A stretch of DNA of 64,000 nucleotides from an uncultured Gammaproteobacteria bacterium (lineage in GTDB: Bacteria > Patescibacteriota > Microgenomatia > Levybacterales > UBA12049): the NCBI GenBank assembly GCA_964653195.1, contig CAZZCX010000004.1:173-64172 (forward strand). The letters run 5' to 3'. Below are positions 51,070 to 60,037 of this stretch, one piece after another (positions within the stretch are counted from its first letter, which is position 1; each line of letters opens with the position of its first letter). A program made the translations under genes and the position numbers. The notes below the pieces were generated by a model. The model made no database searches and was not told the origin of the DNA. It saw nothing but the letters and a program-made list of their open reading frames with translations.

Positions 51070-52797
51070 TTAGAACTCCTCACTTAAATTATCCAATCCG
51101 GAACCAGTCAACTGACTACCTTGAAGAACATTTTTATTTAAGATTTCATTTGCTGTCCCTTGTTGAAAATTGTTAGTGTTAACTATAGTATCTGCGTTGC
51201 TTCCTGTATAAGCTCCAGTACTCATTGGTGGAGCTTCAAATACTGGTGCTGCATCTTGATTTGCTGATGATGATACCGGTGTAACTTCTGGAGCTAATAC
51301 GCTTAATGGGTCAAAGCTGGTTACCGGTGCGACAGGTGATTGAGCAGCGCTTTGTCCATCTTGAGGTATCTGCTGGCCATAGTACAATGGCTGTGCTGCG
51401 GTTACCTGTGGATTATTATCTAGAGGTGCAGCATTCTGATTTATAGGATTTTTTGATGGATCACTTGTTGTGGTATCTGTTGCAGTTGGAGTCACAGCAC
51501 CTGTAGAAGCCGGATCAGAAGATACCACCTCGCTTTCACCTTTCGCAAACGCAAATGCATTTGTTTCTCCTTTATAATCAATTTTAATAGTGTCACCTGG
51601 CGTAAAATTTCTACCTATTATTTCAAGAGCAATCGGATTCTCTATGGAATTTTGAATTAAACGCCTGAGAGGCCTAGCTCCATACATTGGATCATATCCT
51701 TCTCGAGCAAGTTTTTCTAATGCTCTATCAGTAATAGACACAGTATATCCTTGCTCTTTTAACAACTTCGCTGTTTTTTCTATTCCCAGCTTTGCAATAC
51801 CGACCATGTCTTCTCGTCTTAATGGTTTGAATATAACAATATCGTCATACCTATTTAATAATTCAGGACGGAAGAATTTTCTTAATTCATTATTTACAAC
51901 ACTTGATAATTCTGCAAACTCCTTGGCATACTCTGAAGCTGTCTTTTGAGTTTTAGTGTCAGTATCCTTTAACTTTTCAGTAATTAACGCACTGCCGATA
52001 TTTGAGGTACATATTACAATCGTATTTTTAAAAGAAATAGTATTGCCTTTATTATCTGTTAGTCTCCCGTCTTCAAGAAGTTGTAAAAGGATATTAAAAA
52101 CATCAGGGTGCGCTTTCTCAACCTCATCAAGTAAGACTATAGAATATGGTTTAGCTCGAACAGCCTCTGTCAATTGCCCACCTTCTTCATAACCTACATA
52201 TCCGGGAGGAGCACCGATCAGCTTAGCAACTTCGTGCTTTTCCATATACTCGGACATATCAAGTCTGATCATCGCATCATCTCGACCAAATAATATCTCA
52301 GCCAGAGTTTTTGCAAGTTCGGTTTTTCCTGTACCTGATGGCCCAAGAAATATAAATGAGGCAATAGGGCGCTGACCGCTTGCAAGCCCTATCCTACCTC
52401 GTCTTACAGCTTCAGAAACTTTCAGCACTGCTTCCTCCTGGTCGATCAATCGCTTATGTATTCTTTTCTCAAGCACAAGCAATTTCGCGCTTTCGTCCTC
52501 TGTAAGTTTGGATATCGGAATACCTGTCCAGCTTGAAACTACATTTTCCACATCACGTTTCGTGACAGCATTTCCCTCCAACACTTCTTCTGCTTTATGC
52601 AAATCCTTGTCATCATTATTTAACTGTTGAGGATCAATATTAACAGCTTTATTTTGCTCATTTGGTCCAGTTTGCGCTGTAGGTGGAGTAGCATTTTGCC
52701 CACTTTGAGTTACATTATCCACCGGTGCCTGAATATTATCCGGTAAGGGAGAACCTTGAGCTACAGTATTATTATTTAATGGATTTGTATTGTTCAT
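51070..52797 (-). CDS. ClpB-like AAA+ chaperone, C-terminal half (low-complexity head, D2 ATPase, ~150-aa S/T/P/Q-rich tail)
   Basis: 'VSSWTGIP', Walker A 'FLGPSGTGKTELAKTLAEILFG', sensor 'GARPLRRLIQ'. The ClpB-like 'TSNIGSALITEKL' region lacks an IGF/VGF ClpP-docking loop. Its start overlaps the stop of the upstream ORF (ATGA). Confidence 0.75.
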   Translation of the reverse strand: MNNTNPLNNNTVAQGSPLPDNIQAPVDNVTQSGQNATPPTAQTGPNEQNKAVNIDPQQLNNDDKDLHKAEEVLEGNAVTKRDVENVVSSWTGIPISKLTEDESAKLLVLEKRIHKRLIDQEEAVLKVSEAVRRGRIGLASGQRPIASFIFLGPSGTGKTELAKTLAEILFGRDDAMIRLDMSEYMEKHEVAKLIGAPPGYVGYEEGGQLTEAVRAKPYSIVLLDEVEKAHPDVFNILLQLLEDGRLTDNKGNTISFKNTIVICTSNIGSALITEKLKDTDTKTQKTASEYAKEFAELSSVVNNELRKFFRPELLNRYDDIVIFKPLRREDMVGIAKLGIEKTAKLLKEQGYTVSITDRALEKLAREGYDPMYGARPLRRLIQNSIENPIALEIIGRNFTPGDTIKIDYKGETNAFAFAKGESEVVSSDPASTGAVTPTATDTTTSDPSKNPINQNAAPLDNNPQVTAAQPLYYGQQIPQDGQSAAQSPVAPVTSFDPLSVLAPEVTPVSSSANQDAAPVFEAPPMSTGAYTGSNADTIVNTNNFQQGTANEILNKNVLQGSQLTGSGLDNLSEEF

Positions 52798-54392
52798 GGT
52801 GTTGCGACTGAACCTGCTAGATTTGAATTGCCTTCGGGTAATGCACCGTTTGCAATTGAATTCTGCGACATATCTTGCGTATTTGTTTCTATATTTCCAG
52901 TTGTTTCATCGATTTTATCATTTACCTTACTATCTTCGTTTGTTTTTATTACTTGTACCAATTCTTTCACATCTGATTTCCCTCCGTCAATTCTGGGAAG
53001 GAAAGTTTCAGATCGTCCTAACTTCACCCATGCTGAAGCTTCATCAAGCAAATCTACTGCTTTATCTGGCAAATAACGTTCGCCAATATATTTTTTCGAT
53101 AATTTAACTGCTGCCTCAATTGTTTTATCACTAATCGTAACGTTATGAAACCTTTCATACTTTGGACGCAGTACCTTAAGCATCTCGATTGCTGCTTCTT
53201 CGCTCGGCTCTTCAGCTACTACAGGCTGAAAGCGTCTTTCAAGTGCTTTATCTTTTTCAAAATTCTTCCTATATTCACTTGTAGTAGTAGCTCCTATTAT
53301 TTGCAGTTGGCCACGTGCCAAATGAGGTTTTATAATATTTGAAGCATTCATTGAATCTCCATCTCCGCCCGCGCCCATTAAGATATGTATCTCATCAATA
53401 AAAAGTATAATTTGGCCAGCTGACGCCATCGATTCCTGAATTACACTTCTAAGTCTTTCTTCAAATTCTCCCCTATGTGATGCGCCTGCAACGATAGAAG
53501 ATAGATCTAGTTGAATAATTCGTTTATTCGCAAGCTCTTTCGGTGATTTACCAGTAACTATCTCTTCCGCCAACCCTTCAATAATAGCTGTTTTACCTAC
53601 ACCAGCCTCACCAATAATTATCGGATTATTTTTAGTTCTTCTTAATAAAATATGTACTAGTCTATCGATTTCTTTATCTCTACCTGCAATCGGATCGAGC
53701 TTCCCTTCACGCGCCTGTTCTGTCAAATCAATTCCGAATCTATCTAATACTGACTTTTTTCCGTATGAAAAACCATGAGCTTTAGATAACTTAGTTTCAA
53801 CTTCTTCCTTGTTTATACCCTGTTGCTTTAATTGTCCAGCTGTAGTGAGAGTATCATTGAAAAGCGAAAGCAATATGTCTTCAGGGGTGACAAAAGAAGA
53901 TTCGCGCGTCTTAGCATCTCTATAAGACTGTTCGAAAACCTGTTTTGATTTATCGCTTAATGTAGGTTGCCCTGTAAATGTACCCACCACTTCTTTTGTC
54001 TGTATTTCTTTAGTTAATTTTGCTGGATCTACTGAAAACTCTTCAAGTAATTTAAATAAGTCTGCATCATATAAAAGTCCAATTAGTAGCTGATCTGGCT
54101 CAATTAACTGTTGACGTATTCTTTTAGTTTCTTCCTGTGCATGCTGTAATACTTGAGTAGAACGCTGATCAAGATGTGATAATGCTGATAAGTTCTGTTT
54201 TAAATTTGGATTAATACGTGATACCGCTGGACTGGTAGTTTTTGCATCTCCCTGTGAGGCAACTCCCTGAGGAGTAACTGCAGCTTGTTGATTAACATTA
54301 TTTATAGACTGACTACTTACTGGTACACTCATCTGTGAACTCGCTTCAGGTTGCAACGGTTGTTTTTTTTGATTGAAAAGATTACCAAACAT
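52794..54392 (-). CDS. ClpB-like AAA+ chaperone, N-terminal half (Q/S-rich head, Clp_N domain, D1 ATPase, no M-domain)
   Basis: Clp_N repeat 'LLIGLLYDADL...ILLSLF', Walker A 'IIIGEAGVGKTAIIEGLAEEI', 'LPDKAVDLLDEA'. Ends in a low-complexity N/Q/T linker where a coiled-coil M-domain would normally sit. Confidence 0.75.
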   Translation of the reverse strand: MFGNLFNQKKQPLQPEASSQMSVPVSSQSINNVNQQAAVTPQGVASQGDAKTTSPAVSRINPNLKQNLSALSHLDQRSTQVLQHAQEETKRIRQQLIEPDQLLIGLLYDADLFKLLEEFSVDPAKLTKEIQTKEVVGTFTGQPTLSDKSKQVFEQSYRDAKTRESSFVTPEDILLSLFNDTLTTAGQLKQQGINKEEVETKLSKAHGFSYGKKSVLDRFGIDLTEQAREGKLDPIAGRDKEIDRLVHILLRRTKNNPIIIGEAGVGKTAIIEGLAEEIVTGKSPKELANKRIIQLDLSSIVAGASHRGEFEERLRSVIQESMASAGQIILFIDEIHILMGAGGDGDSMNASNIIKPHLARGQLQIIGATTTSEYRKNFEKDKALERRFQPVVAEEPSEEAAIEMLKVLRPKYERFHNVTISDKTIEAAVKLSKKYIGERYLPDKAVDLLDEASAWVKLGRSETFLPRIDGGKSDVKELVQVIKTNEDSKVNDKIDETTGNIETNTQDMSQNSIANGALPEGNSNLAGSVATP

Positions 54393-54501
54393 ATTCTAAT
54401 AAATTATAAATAGAAATTAGTAACAGAATAGTAATTCTAATCTTGTTACTTTTTACTGTTACTATCTTATTTTGTCTATTTTTTAACCAATCGTCAATAG
54501 C

Positions 54502-57500
54502 TCAATTATTCGATTGTGTATTTTCATCATTTTCTATACTTTGTGCTAACTTGCTCTGATTCTCGGGAGCTTTCTCGACAGCTCGATCAACAAGAACTTT
54601 CTCACCTTCTTCTGATTGAGATTCTAGTAAAGAATTAGCTGCATGCAGTTTAGCATCTAGATATGACGTAATTTCATCTAAGCTAAATCCACCCAGCAAG
54701 ACAAAAGGTAATAAGAGAGATACTTGACGCAGACCTTCTTGCACTTTCAAATTATCATGTGAAGACAAAAGCATAAGAGTGGAACGAATTGTATCACTCT
54801 CTTTATTCAGCCAAGATCTTTTGTCCATCGTTTCAACTGGAGAATTTGATTTTCTATAATAATCTTCCCACATACCTCTAACTGCCTCATAATCTTGGAT
54901 ATTTACTGTCTGTAAAGGATTTGACGCTGGCAATTCGATACTCTGCACCCCTACTGTATTTATATTCTCATCTTTAGGTGCTAACTCCCAAATTTTTACA
55001 GCCAGTATATTACCTGCTTCCGCTTCATTTTTTACTTCTTCCTTAAGATCTGCTATCTGTTCTAAAGGAGTATCAGCAGTAATCATAAGAATCCGGTCTG
55101 CTAAAATATTTTGTTTCTTTACTTCATTTGCTAACATCTCAGAAACCGCTTTAATGCTTTCAATATCTTTTACTGCATATAAATCTGGATGTGATAATTC
55201 CATAAGATATCTATGAAAAGCGTCCATTGCACTTTCATGATTATCATTTTTCTGATTAACTGCATTACTTGCAGAAAGAATTAATCCAGCATGGACATCA
55301 CCCTTTCCGCTTAGTTCTGAAAGATTATCTTTTATCGAATTTATTCTCGTTTTTTCATTTACATCAGTTACGACTTCAGGATTTGCGATTCTTGCCAAAG
55401 TCTCCTTAACTTTTATAACTTCTTCTTGAGCTATTGGATCATTCGATAGGCTAGACATTTCAAATCTAACAACATCTTTGATTGTCGGAATTGGAAGGTT
55501 TGTGAGAGTAAGTAGTTCTGTGTTTACTTTCACTGAAGGCGATGAGCTAAGTGGACTTTCCGCACTGGTATTATCATCTGATTCATCATCAATTGTCGCA
55601 GATTGAGTCATGCTAGTTTTTGTAGTGGTATGTGTCTCAACTGTAACAAGAGTATCCTCCTCAGTCCCTATTTCATCAATCACTGATTTTCCAGCTTCTT
55701 GCTTGGCTTTCAAATAAGATACTATCTCATCCTGACTGAATCCCCCAAGAAGTAAGAAAGGTAACACATTACCTACTTCTTCCATTCCTTGCTGAATTTT
55801 TTCATTGTCCCCTGACGTCAGAAGAGAAAGTATATTATCAATATCTCTTACATCATCACTGATCCATTCTTTTCTACTACTTAAACCTTCCGGGACTTCC
55901 ATATCTTTATAATTCTCTTGCCACATCTTTCGTACCGCTTCATAATCCTCAAGGCTTACTGTTTGGATCCTATTAGTTGAAGGCGTGACTATACCATCCG
56001 TAATGCCTCCTTCTTCTGAAGCAAAAAGTCCTAGCACATCATCTGCTAATGGCTCACCTTTAGTTTTTGCATCTAAGAGCTGAGTTTTTACTAACTCCAT
56101 CTCTTTTGTATTTACTGGCGCTAAAGAGTTTGCATCTTCCTGAGAGGTGCCTTGCATTTTAGTTAACATAGAGGCAGCAAACTGGTTTCCCTGACTTTGC
56201 GCCAAAATAAGTTTGTCTTTTACTTTTTCATACTTTTCCTTTACTGCTGTACTTGTAATTGAGGTAGGATTGGCAAGCTGCTGCATTACTTTTTGAGTAG
56301 TTGATGCATCAATTCTTCCTATTGCAGTTGTAAGAATAGTTGATGCTTCGTGATTGCCTTGGAGAGTTGCTTCGATCAGCTTTTCTTTTAGATCATGTAT
56401 TTCGTTTGAAGTTGAAGTTTCTTTCGTCGAGAGAATTGAAGTTGCCAATGTGTTTCCCTTCTCACTTTCTTTTACCAACGAATTATGAAGCTCAGAAATC
56501 CGTTCTCTATCGCTACCCATTGCTGATGCTGGATTTGCGATTTCTTTCAATACATTCTTTAACACCGACTCATGTTCTTTGGTAAATGAAGTAGCGACAA
56601 GAGAGGTAGATACATTATTTCCAGTGATACTTTCCCTGGTCAATTGATTCTTAATATTTTGAAGTTCACGTACTGTTGTATTTTCTTTTGCTGCAAGAAT
56701 AGTTGTCGCTAAAGTATTGCCCTTCTCGCTCTCTTTTACTAAACTATCTCGGAGCATGGTCATTCTTTCACGATCAACACCTGCAGTAACTGATTGTGGA
56801 TTTGAAATATTTGTTAATGTCTTTTTAAGATTTTTGATTTGATTTATATTTTGATTTGTTACATTAGAAATATTACTTGCAATATTAACCGCTGACAGTA
56901 TAGAACTAGCTACAGTATTTCCAGAAGTACTTTCTTTAATTAGGCGATCTTTAAGTTGAATGAATTTTTCACGTTCAATTTCATTTTGGATCGTCGAAGG
57001 ATTAGCTATTTGCGCTAAAGTCTGATAAGTTTTTGAAATATTGCTAGAATCGCGATTTGATATCAAATCTTTTTCGTAAGTTGCAATATCTCGTATCGTA
57101 GGAAGTGAGATATTGGTAGCTGTAAGTAATTGATTATGAACACTAGCAACTGTAGATGCTTGAGGTCTGGTAATTGGAATTTCTCTCGCAACGCCTATAG
57201 GCATTGCTTTAGGTAATTGCATTGCATCTCCTATAGGTCCTTCCTTAATAACTGGTATATTTTTTGCATCTGAATACTTGGCAAAAGGCAGCTGTTTAGC
57301 TAACCCTGTACCGGCAGACGGAGGAAGAGGCACGGGTGCAGGTGGAGCTTTGTTTAAAAGCAAATAGCTAGTGTTTATTAACTTCTGCATTGCAGGGCTT
57401 TCTTCAAATGAAAAGTTATTCAGATAATCAAGAAATATCTGAAGTAAGATAAATGGCAATAATATTACGACCCAAAGCATTATAAGAGCCACAACATAAA

Positions 57501-58527
57501 GCGCGAATGTATCTGGAGTATTAAGATTATTATCTGCAGTTACTATTTGCCCAGGACCTCCAAGTAAAACATTTGTCGCAGTAGGATAAACGAATGACGT
57601 ACCGACATTTTTGAAATCAAATATCAAAGGCAGCCTGGGTGACTTCCAAATAGATACTAGGCCTGAAAGAAATATCGTAAAAAGAGGCGCATAGAGTAGC
57701 CAACGGAAAAATTCACCGATCCAAATCTTTGCCGTATTGCGTACGGGATAATAAAGTAAAAGTATCGGAAAAACTGGTGAGAGAACTATGAAAAACCAAA
57801 GTATAATTTTTCTTATAATCAAAACACCGGTCATTGCGTAATAAGTTACTGCGGTAAGCCGAGCAAGTAAAAGATTTACAAAAACGGATTCATCAAAAAA
57901 TGGATGAACTTTTCTAAGACCTCTAAAATATTCATAATCCCAACCTACATATAATAAATCCTGGGCGCTAATAAGTCTTCTTGGTGTTCCAGGCTGAGTT
58001 AAAAAGAATCCCTGTATGACATCAACTGTAGTGTAGATGATCTGAATTAAAGAATAAGAAAGAGTCACTAAAAGAACTACAGCAATAAACCTAGGTAGAA
58101 ATCGCTTCAAAGTAAGACTTTTTCCTCTGGTAGCCATGAGAACAAAAGCCGTTATAAGTACAATTAGCGCAAAGAAAGCATAAACGATATTGCGAATAGT
58201 GATCCAAAAACCTATTAGAGGATTCTCGTTATTGCTGCATATTCTGGTATTGGTTGAATTTGTCGTATCAGTACTCGGTGGACGAATGATATTTCCACTT
58301 GCATCATACTTAACATAACAAGACCATTCATAATTCTGGAGTGTCCAATTGAGAAATTGAACGGCTCTGGCTGCTGTTTTACCGACGAAATTAACTTCAG
58401 GATCCTCTGAATATGGTACTGACGGTGAAGGAAACGGTATATCATCTGCATATACAACATTTACACTATTTACGAAAAAGGCTAAACCTAATATTAAGTA
58501 AAAAATTAAGGGCAGAATTTTTTTCAT
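54502..58527 (-). CDS. Giant (1341-aa) secreted/polytopic membrane protein with long repetitive C-terminal domain; VirB6/TrbL-like topology (hypothesis)
   Basis: Signal peptide (…NSVNVVYA), ~90-aa Cys-containing ectodomain, about 6 TM helices with a large loop (residues ~110-370). At least seven ~45-aa repeats 'ANPxS..RE...L...L.KES..GN..A..IL' and a ~110-aa domain duplicated twice ('...DYEAVR.MW...LLLGGFS.DEI.SYL.AK'). Confidence 0.5.
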   Translation of the reverse strand: MKKILPLIFYLILGLAFFVNSVNVVYADDIPFPSPSVPYSEDPEVNFVGKTAARAVQFLNWTLQNYEWSCYVKYDASGNIIRPPSTDTTNSTNTRICSNNENPLIGFWITIRNIVYAFFALIVLITAFVLMATRGKSLTLKRFLPRFIAVVLLVTLSYSLIQIIYTTVDVIQGFFLTQPGTPRRLISAQDLLYVGWDYEYFRGLRKVHPFFDESVFVNLLLARLTAVTYYAMTGVLIIRKIILWFFIVLSPVFPILLLYYPVRNTAKIWIGEFFRWLLYAPLFTIFLSGLVSIWKSPRLPLIFDFKNVGTSFVYPTATNVLLGGPGQIVTADNNLNTPDTFALYVVALIMLWVVILLPFILLQIFLDYLNNFSFEESPAMQKLINTSYLLLNKAPPAPVPLPPSAGTGLAKQLPFAKYSDAKNIPVIKEGPIGDAMQLPKAMPIGVAREIPITRPQASTVASVHNQLLTATNISLPTIRDIATYEKDLISNRDSSNISKTYQTLAQIANPSTIQNEIEREKFIQLKDRLIKESTSGNTVASSILSAVNIASNISNVTNQNINQIKNLKKTLTNISNPQSVTAGVDRERMTMLRDSLVKESEKGNTLATTILAAKENTTVRELQNIKNQLTRESITGNNVSTSLVATSFTKEHESVLKNVLKEIANPASAMGSDRERISELHNSLVKESEKGNTLATSILSTKETSTSNEIHDLKEKLIEATLQGNHEASTILTTAIGRIDASTTQKVMQQLANPTSITSTAVKEKYEKVKDKLILAQSQGNQFAASMLTKMQGTSQEDANSLAPVNTKEMELVKTQLLDAKTKGEPLADDVLGLFASEEGGITDGIVTPSTNRIQTVSLEDYEAVRKMWQENYKDMEVPEGLSSRKEWISDDVRDIDNILSLLTSGDNEKIQQGMEEVGNVLPFLLLGGFSQDEIVSYLKAKQEAGKSVIDEIGTEEDTLVTVETHTTTKTSMTQSATIDDESDDNTSAESPLSSSPSVKVNTELLTLTNLPIPTIKDVVRFEMSSLSNDPIAQEEVIKVKETLARIANPEVVTDVNEKTRINSIKDNLSELSGKGDVHAGLILSASNAVNQKNDNHESAMDAFHRYLMELSHPDLYAVKDIESIKAVSEMLANEVKKQNILADRILMITADTPLEQIADLKEEVKNEAEAGNILAVKIWELAPKDENINTVGVQSIELPASNPLQTVNIQDYEAVRGMWEDYYRKSNSPVETMDKRSWLNKESDTIRSTLMLLSSHDNLKVQEGLRQVSLLLPFVLLGGFSLDEITSYLDAKLHAANSLLESQSEEGEKVLVDRAVEKAPENQSKLAQSIENDENTQSNN

Positions 58528-58538
58528 GGTAATTATGT

Positions 58539-58922
58539 TTATCCGAAACCAGGTATATGCAATATATCAACAAGTATTACTTCGACGAATAAGTATCCGA
58601 ATATGGCAAGAAGCAATCCTGCTAATGCATAGCCAATAATATTTTTCCCGTCATTAAGTATCTTCGGATTACCATGAGAGACCAATATCTGATAGCTTCC
58701 AAAAATAATCATTAATACTGCAAAGCCTCCTATTATGCCAAGACCATATTTATAGTACTGACTGACAAAGACATTTACATCGGTACGCACACACCCGACG
58801 TCAGTTTCTATACAGCCAGGATCCAGCGCAGGTGAAGGAGTAATCTGAGCATGGACAGGTGTTAAAAAAGGAAAAATTAATAAAAAGCAAATAAAAAAAA
58901 CAACTCCAAAAAGTCTTACCAT
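58539..58922 (-). CDS. Small secreted two-TM protein, VirB2/TrbC-pilin-like topology (hypothesis)
   Basis: 127 aa: signal peptide with AxA-type site 'PVHA-QI', Cys pair 'CIETDVGC', then two hydrophobic helices (GLGIIGGFAVLMIIFGSYQILV; IGYALAGLLLAIFGYLFVEVILV) separated by a short polar loop. Confidence 0.4.
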   Translation of the reverse strand: MVRLFGVVFFICFLLIFPFLTPVHAQITPSPALDPGCIETDVGCVRTDVNVFVSQYYKYGLGIIGGFAVLMIIFGSYQILVSHGNPKILNDGKNIIGYALAGLLLAIFGYLFVEVILVDILHIPGFG

Positions 58923-58992
58923 ACATTCATAGTATCAGAGCATTTTTACAAATACAACAACTCGACAGATTAAATGAAAATTAAGTAATGTC

Positions 58993-60036
58993 TCAAATTT
59001 TATTTAGAATATTTTGGGATTCAAAAGATAAAATCTTCTTTTTAAAGTAATGTGTATTTTTATACTTTTGCTTTATATTACTATAAAGTGTGAGAGTAAA
59101 TGACAAATGATGATCGATCAATATTGAATTATATTTTTTCAACACAAACTCGCGATAATCAAAAGGATGAAATGCTACAAATGAACTTGTTACGTATTCA
59201 TTGGTTCGATTTTTATTTATTGACCATAATTGGATAGCTTCTGCTACTTTTTCAAAAATGATAATCGGTAAAAGAAAACTTCCTAAAATCCTAAATATCC
59301 AAACCAAAAATTGAGAACTTTTGTAAATTTCTTTATTTTTTAGTAATTTGGGCAAAACATTAGGCATAAATTTTTTTATCCATTCATTTGATAAGTAAAA
59401 TTTGTATGCAGTATTATCCCTGGAATACAATGTTTTTAACTGCGCAATCTCCTGAGAAGTATAGATATCCCTTCTATTTTTTGCAAAAGTAAGCTGAGTT
59501 TCATCAATTAACATATTTACGCAAATTTTATTTCGCCTATTATTTGAATTTCTGGATCTACGCATACCTAATAGTTGTAAAATTAATAATATTAATAATC
59601 GAGTACTCCATAAACTATTTTTCTTGGTAATAATAAATAAATCAATATCGTCATTCTCTCCTGCATTTCTCATTGAGAGACTGCCACTTATACCTACATA
59701 AAGAATAGTCGGGATTATTGATAGTAATTTTGTTATATTTTTAGCAATGAAAACTTTTGTATTGCTAAAAGATTCCCTTTTTTTTCGATCTTTAATTCCA
59801 TGCCTGTAACCCGTAAAAAAATAATATCCATCAACTGATTCTATATCCTCTGGTATAAAATTTAGCATTTGGTAAAAATCACTTTTTTTTATATTCACAT
59901 GAGTCTTGAGGTAATACCATAATTCATTACGTTTTAGGGGATAATTGAAGATGTGAGCGTATAGAAGTGTTTGTCTTAAGGCATCAAGACAATGATCCTT
60001 AGAGTATTGCTGACTGTTATCTTTTTTCATCATCAA
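58993..60036 (-). CDS. Nucleotidyltransferase-fold protein (Pol-beta superfamily; LicD/fukutin-like or MNT-like)
   Basis: 'GISGSLSMRNAGENDDIDLFII' fits the G[SG]-x9-13-DxD NTase motif and resembles the LicD 'GTLLGAVRH..DDDID' region; 347 aa, basic and Lys-rich. Confidence 0.4.
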   Translation of the reverse strand: MMMKKDNSQQYSKDHCLDALRQTLLYAHIFNYPLKRNELWYYLKTHVNIKKSDFYQMLNFIPEDIESVDGYYFFTGYRHGIKDRKKRESFSNTKVFIAKNITKLLSIIPTILYVGISGSLSMRNAGENDDIDLFIITKKNSLWSTRLLILLILQLLGMRRSRNSNNRRNKICVNMLIDETQLTFAKNRRDIYTSQEIAQLKTLYSRDNTAYKFYLSNEWIKKFMPNVLPKLLKNKEIYKSSQFLVWIFRILGSFLLPIIIFEKVAEAIQLWSINKNRTNEYVTSSFVAFHPFDYREFVLKKYNSILIDHHLSFTLTLYSNIKQKYKNTHYFKKKILSFESQNILNKI

Positions 60037-60037
60037 A

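Noticed and set aside
52791-52800. Possibility that in-frame UGA is read as an amino acid (genetic code 25), which would fuse the two Clp ORFs.
   Set aside because: The second ORF is in a different (+1) frame, and the frame continuing past the TGA hits TAA after five codons. Genes across the window are full-length under standard code 11.
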